64,000 nucleotides of DNA, taken from contig NW_027361810.1 in NCBI RefSeq assembly GCF_039654945.1, positions 8,432,001-8,496,000 on the forward strand. The letters run 5' to 3'. Numbering within the stretch: the first letter of the stretch is position 1; each line of letters opens with the position of its first letter. Origin of the DNA: Dendrobates tinctorius (taxonomy: Eukaryota). A program made the translations under genes and the position numbers. Of this stretch, positions 1 to 12,300 are shown piece after piece. The notes below the pieces were generated by a model. The model saw only the letters and a program-made list of their open reading frames with translations. It ran no database searches and was not told the DNA's origin.

Positions 1-828
1 ATCAGTGGGTTCACTACCTTTAAGCTTACTAGACCACTGTTCCGCCAGTCCAGAACTGCTCAACTCATGTGCCAATACATTATACGGTGCCTCAGTCCAA
101 CCGGGCACATCCACTACATCCTCCTGCTTTTCCTTTCGTTTCTTAAACATATTGAAAAAGATCCTGCCGACTACGCCAATTTATGTCTTGCTAAATTTTC
201 TCCCAAATTAGGTTATTTACCTTAACTTACGTAGCGCTCACTGGCATCCCAACCAGGCAAAGATTATTGACAATCTTTTATTTCAGCAAGCAATCATTTT
301 GTTTTACAAAGCACATGAATAGTCTCAAGATTTTAAAAAAATGACAGTTATGACATGAAAGATTTCAGCATCAATAATAATTACCGAGTTATTGTAGCAT
401 CACCCTTCGCATCGGGGGACCGCGATCAGCGGGAAGGGGTTTTCCTCGGTCAGCATCACAGACTAAGTGCGTCCACTTGAATCGTCTGGAAAGTCCCCAC
501 CCGCTGAGGAGGTCAGTACTTTTTATAATATTAATTGGAATGATCACGCACTGACATGCGCAGTAACTTGTTTTTTTTCACATTCCTCCTTTATCTCAGT
601 TGGTTTGGTTCTCACATTCCTCCCTTCCAACTCCCACAACAATGCCTGAGCAGGTGGTTGCTTTTCACATTCCTGAGTGTGTGCTCTCCTCATGGTAGGA
701 AAAGTTCAGATTCCGGTCACAATCCATAGTATCCAAATGGATGTTTCAATGTACTGCAATCACTACCTTATTGACTGGATGCCTATCTATACCAGTCTCT
801 CACTCATGCATATCCCATTTGTATCACA

Positions 829-3800
829 ATCCTCTGCGGTACGGTTGTGTAGTGTGCCCCCACTGAGGTTTTGATGCCCATCCTCTACGGTACGGTTGTG
901 TAGCGTGCCCTCGCTGAGAGTTTTGATGCCCATCCTCTGCGGTGCGGTTGTGTAGTGTGCCCCCCGCTGAGGTTTTGATGCCCATCCTCTGCGGTGCGGT
1001 TGTGTAGCGTGCCCCCGCTGAGGCTGAGAGTTTTGATGCCCATCCTCTGCGGTGCAGTTGTGTAGCATGCCCCCCACTGAGGATTTGATGCCCATCCTCT
1101 GCGGTGCGGTTGTGTAGCGTGCCCCCGCTGAGGTTTTGATGCCCATCCTCTGCGGTGCGGTTGTGTAGCGTGCCCCCTGCTGAGGTTTTGATGCCCATCC
1201 TCTGCGGTGCGGTTGTGTAGCGTGCCCCCCGCTGAGGTTTTGATGCCCATCCTCTGCGGTGCGGTTGTGTAGCGTGCCTCCTGCTGAGATTTTGATGCCC
1301 ATCCTCTGCGGTGCGGTTGCGTAGCGTACCCCCCGCTGAGGTTTTGATGCCCATCCTCTGCGGTGCGGTTGTGTAGAGTGCCCCCGCTGAGGTTTTGATG
1401 CCCATCCTCTGCGGTGCGGTTGTGTAGCATACCCCCCGCTGAGGTTTTGATGCCCATCCTCTGCGGTGCGGTTGTGTAGCGAGCCCCCCGCTGAGGTTTT
1501 GATGCCCATCCTCAGCGGTGCGGTTGTGTAGCGTGCCCCCCGCTGAGTTTTTTATGCCCATCCTCTGCGGTGCGGTTGTGTAGAGTGCCCCTGCTGAGGT
1601 TTTGATGCCCATCCTCTGCGGTGCGGTTGTGTAGCGTACCCCCCGCTGAGTTTTTTATGCCCATCCTCTGTGGTGCGGTTGTGTAGCGTGCCCCCCACTG
1701 AGGTTTTGATGCCCATCCTCAGCGGTGCGGTTGTGTAGCGTGCCCCCCGCTGAGGTTTTGATGCACATCCTCTGCGATACGATTGTGTAGCGTGCCCCCC
1801 GCTGAGGTTTTGATGCCCATCCTCTGCGGTGCGGTTGTGTAGCGTGCCCCCGCTGAGGTTTTGATGCCCATCCTCTGCGGTGCGGTTGTGTAGCGTGCCC
1901 CCCGCTGAGATTTTGATGCCCATCCTCTGCGATTGTGTAGCGTGCCCCCGCTGAGGTTTTGATGCCCATCCTCTGCGATGCGATTGTGTAGTGTGCCCCT
2001 GCTGAGGTTTTGATGCCCATCCTCTGCGGTGCGGTTGTGTAGCGTGCCCCCCGCTGAGAGTTTTGATGCCCATCCTCTGCGATGGGGTTGTGTAGTGTGC
2101 CCCCGCTGAGGTTTTGATGCCCATCCTCTGCGATGCGGTTGTGTAGTGTGCCCCCGCTGAGGTTTTGATGCCCATCCTCTACGGTGTGGTTGTGTAGCGT
2201 GCCCCCCGCTGAGAGTTTTGATGCCCATCCTCTGCGGTGCGGTTGTGTAGTGTGGCCCCGCTAAGGTTTTGATGCCCATCCTTTGTGGTGTGGTCGTGTA
2301 ATGTGCCCCCGCTGAGGTTTTGATGCCCATCCTCTGCGGTGTGGTCGTGTAGCGTGCCCCCCGCTGAGGTTTTGATGCCCATCCTCTGCGGTGCGGTTGT
2401 GTAGCGTGCCCCCCGCTGAGAGTTTTGATGCCCATCCTCTGCGATGGGGTTGTGTAGTGTGCCCCCGCTGAGGTTTTGATGCCCATCCTCTGCGATGCAG
2501 TTGTGTAGTGTGCCCCCGCTGAGGTTTTGATGCCCATCCTCTACGGTGTGGTTGTGTAGCGTGCCCCCCGCTGAGAGTTTTGATGCCCATCCTCTGCGGT
2601 GCGGTTGTGTAGTGTGCCCCCGCTGAGGTTTTGATGCCCATCCTTTGTGGTGTGGTCGTGTAATGTGCCCCCGCTGAGGTTTTGATGCCCATCCTCTGCG
2701 GTGTGGTCGTGTAGCGTGACCCCCGCTGAGGTTTTGATGCCCATCCTCTGCGGTGCGGTTGTGTAGCGTGCCCCCCGCTGAGAGTTTTGATGCCCATCCT
2801 CTGCGGTGCGGTTGTGTAGAGTGCCCCCCGCTGAGGTTTTGATGCCCATCCTCTGCGGTGCGGTTGTGTAGCGTGCCCCCCGCTGAGAGTTTTGATGCCC
2901 TCCTCCGCGGTGCGGTTGTGTAGCGTGCCCCCGCTGAGTTTTGATGCCCTCCTCCGCGGTGCGGTTGTGTAGCGTGCCCCCTGTTGAGGTTTTGATGCCC
3001 ATCCTCTGTGGTGTGGTTGTGTAGTGTGCCCCCATTGAGAGTTTTGATGCCCTCCTCCGCGGTGCGGTTGTGTAGTGTGCCCCCTGTTGAGGTTTTGATG
3101 CCCATCCTCTGTGGAGTGGTTGTGTAGTGTGCCCCCACTGAGGTTTTGATGCCCATCCTCTGCGGTGCGGTTGTGTAGTGTGCCCCCGTTGAGAGTTTTG
3201 ATGCCCTCCTCCGCGGTGCGGTTGTGTAGTGTGCCCCCTGTTGAGGTTTTGATGCCCATCCTCTGCGGTGCGGTCGTGTAGTGTGCCCCCTGTTGAGGTT
3301 TTGATGCCCATCCTCTGCGGTACGGTTGTGTAGTGTGCCCCCGCTGAGGTTTTGATGCCCATCCTCTGCGGTGCGGTTGTGTAGTGTGCCCCCGCTGAGG
3401 TTTTGATGCCCATCCTCTGCGGTGCGGTTGTGTAGTGTGCCCCCTGTTGAGGTTTTGATGCCCTCCGCGGTGCGGTTGTGTAGTGTGCCCCCGCTGAGGT
3501 TTTGATGCCCATCCTCTGCGGTGCGGTTGTGTAGTGTGCCCCCTGTTGAGGTTTTGATGCCCTCCTCTGCGGTGCGGTTGTGTAGTGTGCCCCCGCTGAG
3601 GTTTTGATGCCCATCCTCTGCGGTGCGGTTGTGTAGCGTGCCCCCTGTTGAGGTTTTGATGCCCATCCTCTGCGGTGCGGTTGTGTAGTGTGCCCCCGCT
3701 GAGGTTTTGATGCCCTCCTCCGCGGTGCGGTTGTGTAGTGTGCCCCCGCTGAGGTTTTGATGCCCATCCTCTGCGGTGCGGTTGTGTAGTGTGCCCCCGC

Positions 3801-4376
3801 TGAGGTTTTGATGCCCATCCTCTGCGGTGCGGTTGTGTAGTGTGCCCCCTGTTGAGGTTTTGATGCCCTCCTCTGCGGTGCGGTTGTGTAGCGTGCCCCC
3901 TGTTGAGGTTTTGATGCCCATCCTCTGCGGTGCGGTTGTGTAGCGTGCCCCCTGTTGAGGTTTTGATGCCCATCCTCTGCGGTGTGGTTGTGTAGTGTGC
4001 CCCCGTTGAGCGTTTTGATGCCCATCCTCTGCGGTGCGGTTGTGTAGTGTGCCCCCGCTGAGGTTTTGATGCCCATCCTCTGCGGTGCGGTCGTGTAGTG
4101 TGCCCCCGTTGAGCGTTTTGATGCCCATCCTCTGCAGTGTGGTTGTGTAGTGTGCCCCCGTTGAGCGTTTTGATGCCCATCCTCCGCGGTGCGGTTGTGT
4201 AGTGTGCCCCCGTTGAGCGTTTTGATGCCCATCCTCCGCGGTGCGGTTGTGTAGTGTGCCCCCGCTGAGGTTTTGATGCCCATCCTCTGCGGTGCGGTCG
4301 TGTAGTGTGCCCCCGCTGAGGTTTTGATGCCCATCCTCTGCGGTGCGGTCGTGTAGTGTGCCCCTGGTGCGGTTAT
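829..4376. repeat. GC/CpG-rich minisatellite, 51-53-bp unit, roughly 68 copies
   Basis: Unit GCTGAGGTTTTGATGCCCATCCTCTGCGGTGCGGTTGTGTAGCGTGCCCCC. Confidence 0.97.
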
Positions 4377-4559
4377 GGCGCCCTCCCCCGCGGTGCGGCT
4401 CAGACAAGCGCCCTCGGATTAACCAAATCCATTTTTAACCCTTTAAGCAATCTGTTTCCCCAGCAGCTTCGTATATCCCACTGTCAGCACAGATCGCTCT
4501 CAGTCACGGGATAAAATGTGAACTGGAGAAAACAGAGGATTCCTTCCTGTCATTTCAGT

Positions 4560-4930
4560 CAATGGGACGAGATCACCCCGGACAGGCAGCTCACAGACAG
4601 CCCTACTGCTGACCGCGGGGCCTTCCATCTCCGCCGGGGGCCATTTTGTTGTACGGCGGAAGAGTGAGTGGGAGGCGCCATATTGCCTGTAGTACGGGAA
4701 GCGGAGAGTCTGGGCGGGGAGCGGCCGCCTGTCACTGCCGGACACCGAGAAGCAGCTTCATCCTTCCGTGAGGTGAATCAGCCCGGAGCCGCCATGATCC
4801 TGCTGGAGGTGAACAACCGCATCATCGAGGACACCCTCAGCCTCAAGTTCGAGAACTCAGCGGCCGGGTGAGTGCGGGGGAGGAGGGCGGCGGCCTCGGG
4901 GTGCGGGGCTGGAGCAGGTGAGGCCGGTGC
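4560..4930 (+). promoter_or_regulatory. CpG-island promoter and 5' region of ARPC2
   Basis: GC/CpG-rich with no obvious TATA box. YY1-like GGCCATTTTG at 4639-4648 and GCGCCATATTG at ~4675. ETS-like CGGAAG at 4657-4662. Confidence 0.6.
4794..4867 (+). CDS. ARPC2: ARPC2 coding exon 1 (74 nt)
   Basis: Kozak gccgccATG; [25 protein letters not shown]; donor GG|gtgagt. Confidence 0.97.
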
Positions 4931-6235
4931 TGCTGTAACAAACCCCCAGCAGTGACAGGACTGTAGGAATGCGGCCGGTCACTGACAGCAAGCAGAGGTT
5001 TAGTTTTCGCCCACATCCCTGTATTCCAGCACAGACCTGTTACTGCTCACAGCTGGGGCTTCGTTACAGCAGCATCCTGGGAGGCGCAGGCTGTCGGGGC
5101 CATGCTGGGAGTTGTAGTGTTGCCCCTGTCATGTCCTCTCCAGACTGATGCATTGTATCCACCTGACCCTGTGTTCAAAGAATGATCAGGACCAACTGTA
5201 ACAAACCCGCAGCTGTGAGAAAGGAAAGCTGCTGCCTCCTCTGTGCGTAACTGTCTCCATTCACTGACAGCAAGCAGAGATCCTGGAGATGAAGTGATTT
5301 TTTTTTTGAGGCTCCGATCTAAGCGCCAGTGTTGGGGCGTTTGGCGTTTTTGCGCTTCGCTCCTCCTACCATTGTTAGTGGGTGCGGGGTCCAGGTGGAT
5401 GGGATATGTTATAAAGGAGCACACGGATGTAAACTGCGTCGTTAATGTCCGAGGGGCGGTAATGTGCTGCCCCCATCATGGCGCCCCCTCTGGATACATA
5501 TATACCCGCAGTAGAGGAAGTGGTGAGCGGCGACCACGTCCCTTCCTCCTCTCTGCTGCATTTCAGGCAAGCCTTGTCGTGTCCGCAGCGAGCGCTGTCC
5601 CCGGAGGCGTGCTGATACACGCCCCAACAATGTGCACGGCCCCAGTAGTTCCCAGTGCAGTCTTACTGGGTTTTCTGTTTCTGGGAAAACTGGGGCGGTA
5701 TTGTCAGATTGGGGGTGCCCTGCGCTCGCCTCCTCAGCTGTCTGTAGAGACCGCCACACTCGTTCGAGTGCTCCTATGTGTGTGTCACTCCATCTACCTG
5801 CTCGCCATCTACTTAAAGGGGCATTCTGGGATTAGACTATTGATGCATCATCAGATCTCGGTAATGTCCACTGCTGCTTCACTAATGTAAGAGACTGCCT
5901 GATGTAGCCCTCCACCCTTTCACTTGGACCCCCACTTATCTAGAAGTTAAAGGAGTTTTCTGCTCCTGCTGAAGACTTCACAATGTGTGCTTATAAAGGA
6001 AATAATACAATCACCTCTTGCTTCTTTCGTCCACCCTGAATTTCGTCCGTCAGACTACAAAAGAATGAACCGACCAGCGATCACGTAACGCTGCAGCCAA
6101 TCGACAGCCTCAAGTTTCCTCTGTCCTGGTGGAGTGGATTGCTAGAGCGAAGGGCACAGTCTGGGGGGTATTGCAGGCTTTTTGTCTATGACAAGAAAAT
6201 ATTACCACTGCGATGTTTTAAGATATATAAAAATC

Positions 6236-6317
<82 letters not shown>

Positions 6318-9300
6318 CAAAAACACTCATTCTGTGGACAGTAGTAATTTCTTACCAGAATACTGCTTGTCAGGTTTGTTGCCCCTTAAAACAGTTGATC
6401 GTGGGTCTGACCACGCTGCTGGTCTCTACTAATAAATGGCCCATTAATATTCAGAACCCAGAAAGCCCCTTTAAAATGAATCTGTTAGGAACCTCAACCC
6501 ATCCACCTCACTGCACATACTAGCAGTGCCGCGTGTCACACATCTCCTGAGCTGGCTCCATCCTGGCGTTGCCGCGTGGCACACATCTCCTGAGCTGGCT
6601 CCGTCCTGGCGTTGCCGCGTGGCACACATCTCCTGAGCTGGCTCCGTCCTGGCGTTGCAGCGTGGCACACACATTTCCTGAGCTGGCCCCGTCCTGGCAT
6701 TGCCACGTGACACATCTCCCGAGTTGGCTCCGTCCTGGCGGTGCCGCGTGGCACACACATTTCCTGAGCTGGCCCCGTCCTGGCATTGCCACGTGACACA
6801 TCTCCTGAGCTGGCTCCGTCCTGGCGGTGCCGCGTGGCACACACATCTCCTGAGCTGGCTCCGTCCTGGCGGTGCCGCGTGGCACACACATCTCCTGAGC
6901 TGGCTCCGTCCTGGCGGTGCCGCGTGGCACACACATCTCCTGAGCTGGCTCCGTCCTGGCGGTGCCGCGTGGCACACATCTCCTGAGCTGGCTCCGTCCT
7001 GACATTGCCGCGTGGCACACACATCTGAGCTGGCTCCGTCCTGGCGGTGCCGCGTGGCACACATCTCCAGAGCTGGCTCAGTCCTCATGGTGCCGTGTGG
7101 CACACATCTCCTGAGTTGACTCCGTTCTCATGGTGCCGCGTGGCACACCTCTCCAGAGCTGGCTCCGTCCTAGCAGCACCCAGCCCCCAAGCTCGCTCCG
7201 TCGTAGCAGTTCGCTAGACCTCTATGGGCCGATGTTGCCGTAAATTGCGTCTGTTATATTTCCCATAAATCTTATGTATACCTGTGATATCGGCGGTCGT
7301 GTTCTCTTCTTCACCTTCCATCACTTAGCCTCTTTGGAAATGTTCTGAATCTTCCTCAGTGGCCAACAGGTCAGCCCAGAGTAGTCAAATAATAATTTTA
7401 TTTCTGCCGCACTGACATTCTGCAGCACTTCACATTTCAGAGCTGAGATTACAGAATGACATACGGTTCATCACAAGAGGAGTGAGGTGCGTGCTCGCAA
7501 GCTTACAATCTACAAATATGGCAAATAGGGCAGAGGGGGGATGCGACTGCAGGTTCCCTCCATTGGAGGCTGATATAGTCCATGGTGATAAAAAATATCA
7601 CAGTAGGAAGTTTGTAGCTGTTATCTTCTGCACTGGACGGATGAGCTGATGTCGGCTTCCAGTCTCTATTTTCCACCTACTCATAACTTTTTTTTTTTTT
7701 TTTTTCCTTTTATAGGAACAAGCCGGAGGCCGTGGAGGTGACATTCGCAGGTGACGCTTTTTATTTTTTTTATATCATGTCAATTATAATTCAGTGCATA
7801 TTTGGTTCCACCTGTTATTGCCATTTTATAAAGTGACAGTGTTTTGCTGGGATAATCGTCACTTTATGATCAGTGGGGTCTGATCTCTGGGAGAATGTAG
7901 GCAACGCAGAGCTGATTTATGCTTTTATGTCCTTCCCTGCACCACGGCTCCAGATATTGCCTTTGAACAAGAACACAGCACTAAGGCTAGTTTCACACTA
8001 GCGTTTATTAGTCGCAGCGCACGGCGCCGCTAAGCCCCGCCCCCTGCCGGGTCCTTGCCCCCCCAATCCGGTCATCGCCACCTACTATCGCACATGGATG
8101 CTTGCGATCTGCGCACCATATCTTTAGCATAGGGTGCGCTGGCCGTGCGCTAGTAGGATTTTGGCGTGCGCTGCGTACTTTTGAAGGTGCGCCGTGCGCG
8201 CCGAAATGCAACATGCTGCGTTCGACCCACACCTTCAAAAGTGCGCAGTGCACGCCAAAATCCTACTAGCGCACGATCTGCGCACCCTATGCTAAAGATA
8301 GGATCCGCAGATCGCAAGCGTCCGTGTGCGAAAGTAGACGGCGATGACCTGATGGGGCGGGCAGGGGGCGGGGCTTAGCGGCGCCGTGCGCTGCGTCGAA
8401 TAAACGCTATTGTGAAACTAGCCTAAAATATCTCTGCAGACCCTGTAGTCTCCGGGTACAGTGGGACCGCCACCGATCACAAAGTGGTGGCTTTTCTTGG
8501 CAATTTGTAACCACTATACAACATGAGAATCCCCTTTAATTGAATTGATATCAGGTAGAATAAAAACATGATGGAAAAGACCAAAGAAAGCATCTGTGAT
8601 CATTGTGTCAGACGGCGACAACCCCGGCACACCCTGCAAACACGTTTCCTGCAGCGGTGCTCCAGGTGCGCTGAACGTCTGTGGAGAAAATCCAATCTAC
8701 ACGAAGATTTCATCCATTATAAATTCATGCTTAGAACGTACAACACTGCCCTTCACCTCTAAAAACAAACCTATTTCAACACCCTCATCACCTCACTGTC
8801 CTATAACCCCAAACGTTTCTTTGACACTTTTCATTCTCTACTCAACCCAAGAGTGCAGGCCCCAACCACGGAGCTCCGAGCTGACGATCTGGCCAATTAC
8901 TTCAAAGAAAAAATTGACCAGATTCGACAGGAAATTATCTCCCAATCACCTCATACCATGCACTGTCCTCCCTCCGCCACTGCATCTAGCTCACTCTCTG
9001 ATTTTGAACCAGTCACAGAAGAAGTAAGCAAGCTCCTTGCATCTTCTCGCCCAACCACTTGCACCAGTGACCCATTTCCGTCACATCTCCTCCAGTACCT
9101 TTCCCCTGCTGTCACCCCTCACCTAACTAAAATATTTAACCTCTCTCTCTTCTGGTATCTTTCCCTCCTCATTTAAGCATGCCATCATACATCCACTACT
9201 TAAAAAACCATCTCTCGACCAAAACTGTGCCGCTAACTATAGACCTGTCTCTAATCTTCCCTTCATCTCTAAACTCCTGGAACGCCTGGTCCACTCCCGT

Positions 9301-12300
9301 CATACCGCTATCTCTCAGAAAACTCTCTTCTCGACCCTCTCCAATCCAGTTTCCGCTCTTTACACTCTACTGAAACTGCCCTCACTAAAGTCTCTAATGT
9401 TCTACTAACAGCTAAATCAAATGGTCACTACTCCATGCTAATTCTCTTGGATCTCTCTGCAGCATTCGACACTGTGGATCATCAGCTCCTCCTCACTATG
9501 CTCCGTTCCATTGGCCTCAAGGACACCGTTCTCTCCTGGTTCTCCTCCTATCTCTCCGACCGCTCCTTTACTGTATCTTTTGCCGGTTCCTCCTCCTCCT
9601 CACCTTCCCCTTACTGTTGGGGTTCCTCAAGGATCGGTTCTAGGCTCCCTCCTCTTCTCCTTGTACACTGCCCCTATTGGTCAAACAATCAGTAGATTTG
9701 GTTTCGAGTACCATCTCTATGCTGATGACACCCAATTATACGCTTCTTCTCCTGACATCACGCCAGCCTTTCTAGAAAACACCGGCGATTGTCTAAACGC
9801 TGTGTCTAACATCATGTCCTCACTATATCTGAAACTGAACCTGTCAAAGACTGAACTCCTTGTGTTTCCTCCCTCTACTAATGTACCTATACCCGACATT
9901 GCCATTTCCGTGTGTGGCTCCACTATTACTCCCCAGCAACAGGCCCGCTGTCTTGGGGTCATACTTGACTCCGAGCTTTCCTTTGCCCCCCACATCCGTT
10001 CACTGGCTCGCTCTTGTCATCTGCACCTCAAAAACATTTCTAGAATTCCACCTTTTCTTTCTTTTGACTCTGCAAAAACTCTTACTGTTTCTCTTATTCA
10101 TTCTCGTCTGGACTATTGTAACTCTCTTCTAATCGGTCTCCCTCTTACCAAACTCTTCCCCCCTCCAATCTGTCTTGAATGCTGCAGCCAGGATCATATT
10201 CCTCACCAATCGTTACTTACACCGATGCCTCTACCTTGTGCCAGTCATTACACTGGCTACCCATCCACTCCAAAATTCAGTATAAACTTATTACCCTCAC
10301 CCACAAAGCCCTCCATGGCTCAGCACCATCCTACATCTCCTCCCTTGTTTCAGTATACCACCCTACCCGCGCCCTCCGTTCTGCTGATGACCTGAGGTTA
10401 GCATCCTCAATAATCAGAACCTCCCACTCCCGTCTCCAAGACTTTACACGTGCTGCGCCAATTCTTTGGAATGCACTCCCCAGGTCAATAAGATTAGTCC
10501 CCAATCCCCACAATTTTAAGCGTGCCCTGAAAACGCATTTATTCAGACTGGCCTATCGCCTCAACACATTAACCTAATCTATCCCTGTGTGGCACAGCCA
10601 AAAGTTTTACCATAACCAGGCTCCCGGCATCATGTTCCCACATGCTTTATGCATCCATTAGCCCTCTGTGTCTGTACTGTCACACACTTAACATTATGGC
10701 TGGTCCATACAATCAGGGCAACTGTTACCACCCACCTTTCGTGTCTCCCTCTTTCCTCATAGACTGTAAGCTTGCGAGCAGGGCCCTCATTCCTCTTGGT
10801 ATTTGTTATAATCTCTGTGATTATTGTTATCCTGTAATGTCTATTGTCTGTACAAATCCCCTCTGAAATGTAAAGTGCTGCGGAATATGTCAGCACTATA
10901 GAAATAAAATTTATTATTGTGCCAACGTGAACCAATGAGTTTATTTGTCGGCGGGCCCATGACAACAGTCCCTGTCCTGTCTGTACAGTCTACAGCCCTC
11001 ACTGAGGTTGTTACATGGCGTATGAATGACAAATCTTGTGATGTGATTTTCTCCCCCTTCTTTTAGACTTTGATGGCGTTCAGTATCACATCTCCAACCG
11101 TAATGCCGACAAGGCGAAGTTGATGATCAGCATCTCTCTGAAATTCTACAAGGAGCTGCAGGATCATGGGGCCGATGAGGTGGGTGCCAAATGTTATAAT
11201 CTTGAGGGACAGGGTCCACATATGGGGTAATTATTCATTTTTTCACCCTCTTTCATATTTGTGGTTAAGTTTTATGAAGGAAGCTGTCACCTCCTTAACC
11301 CCTTTCTGTCATGTGACGTACTATCCCGTCCATGTGCCCTGGGACTTAATTCCCAGGGACGGGATAGTACGTCACAGCGATCAGCGGCGCCCACGTGGTG
11401 AGCGCCGCTGATCGCGGCCGGGTGTCAGCTGATTGTGCCGGTTATCAGCTGTGATAATGTGTCAGGGGCGGTCACGGACCGCCCCCGACACGTTAACCGC
11501 TTGCACACCGCGATCAAACACGATCGCGGTGTACCGGGAGTTAAAGGGAAGCATCGGCAGGGAGGGGGCTCCCTCCGTGCTTCCCTGAGCCCCCCACGGC
11601 AGCGCAATGTGCAGCGCTGCTGCGGGGGCTCCTTCCCTGCAGGCCCCCAAATCCAAGATGGTGACGGGGACCTTCGGGGGCCTGCAGGGAGCTGGCTTCC
11701 TCAGTGCCTGCACAGTGATCTGTGATGTGACAGATCAGCGATCTGTCACAGGACAGTGATGTCCCACCTGGGACAATGTAATAAAGTTTAAAAAAAAAGT
11801 GTAAAAATAATTTAAAAAAAAATCGCTAAATAAAAAAAAACAAAACATATTCCCTAATTCATTTTTTGGAAATAAAAAAAAACAATAAAAGTGCACATAT
11901 TTGGTATCATACAGCGTCATAAGTGAAAAAATAAAAAAGTTATAGCTCGCAGAATAAAGCGATGCAAAAATAATTATTTTTTACATAAAATTGTTTTCAT
12001 TGCATAAAAGCGCCAAAACACAAAAAAACGACCTGAATGAGGTATCGCTGTAACTGTACTGACCCGAAGAATAAAACCGCTTTATCAATTTTACCGCATG
12101 CGGGAACGGTGTAAACGCACCCCCCAAAAGAAATTCATGAAACGCTGGTTTTTGTTCATTCTACGTCCCAAAAATCGGAATAAAAAGCAATCAAAAAATG
12201 TCACGTGCCCAAACATAATACCAATAAAAGCGTCAACTCGTCCCGCAAAAAATAAGACCTCACATGACTCAGTGAGTCAAAATATGGAAAAATTATAGGT

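Noticed and set aside
829-4376. CRISPR-like appearance of the regular arrays (also 30178-38445 and 50668-52060)
   Set aside because: Units are contiguous with no unique spacers, there are no cas genes, and the context is a spliceosomal vertebrate locus.
787-4407. Very long minus-strand ORFs (up to 742 aa) of repetitive peptide
   Set aside because: All three minus frames are open because the 51-53-bp unit lacks stops on that strand. Unit-length changes shuffle the frames freely, so there is no sign of coding constraint.
5047-5890. Overlapping 100-215 aa ORFs in ARPC2 intron 1
   Set aside because: No recognisable domain or exon structure; expected by chance in GC-rich sequence.
6471-7103. Cys/Arg-rich repetitive ORFs
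   Set aside because: Translations of the 43-45-bp minisatellite.
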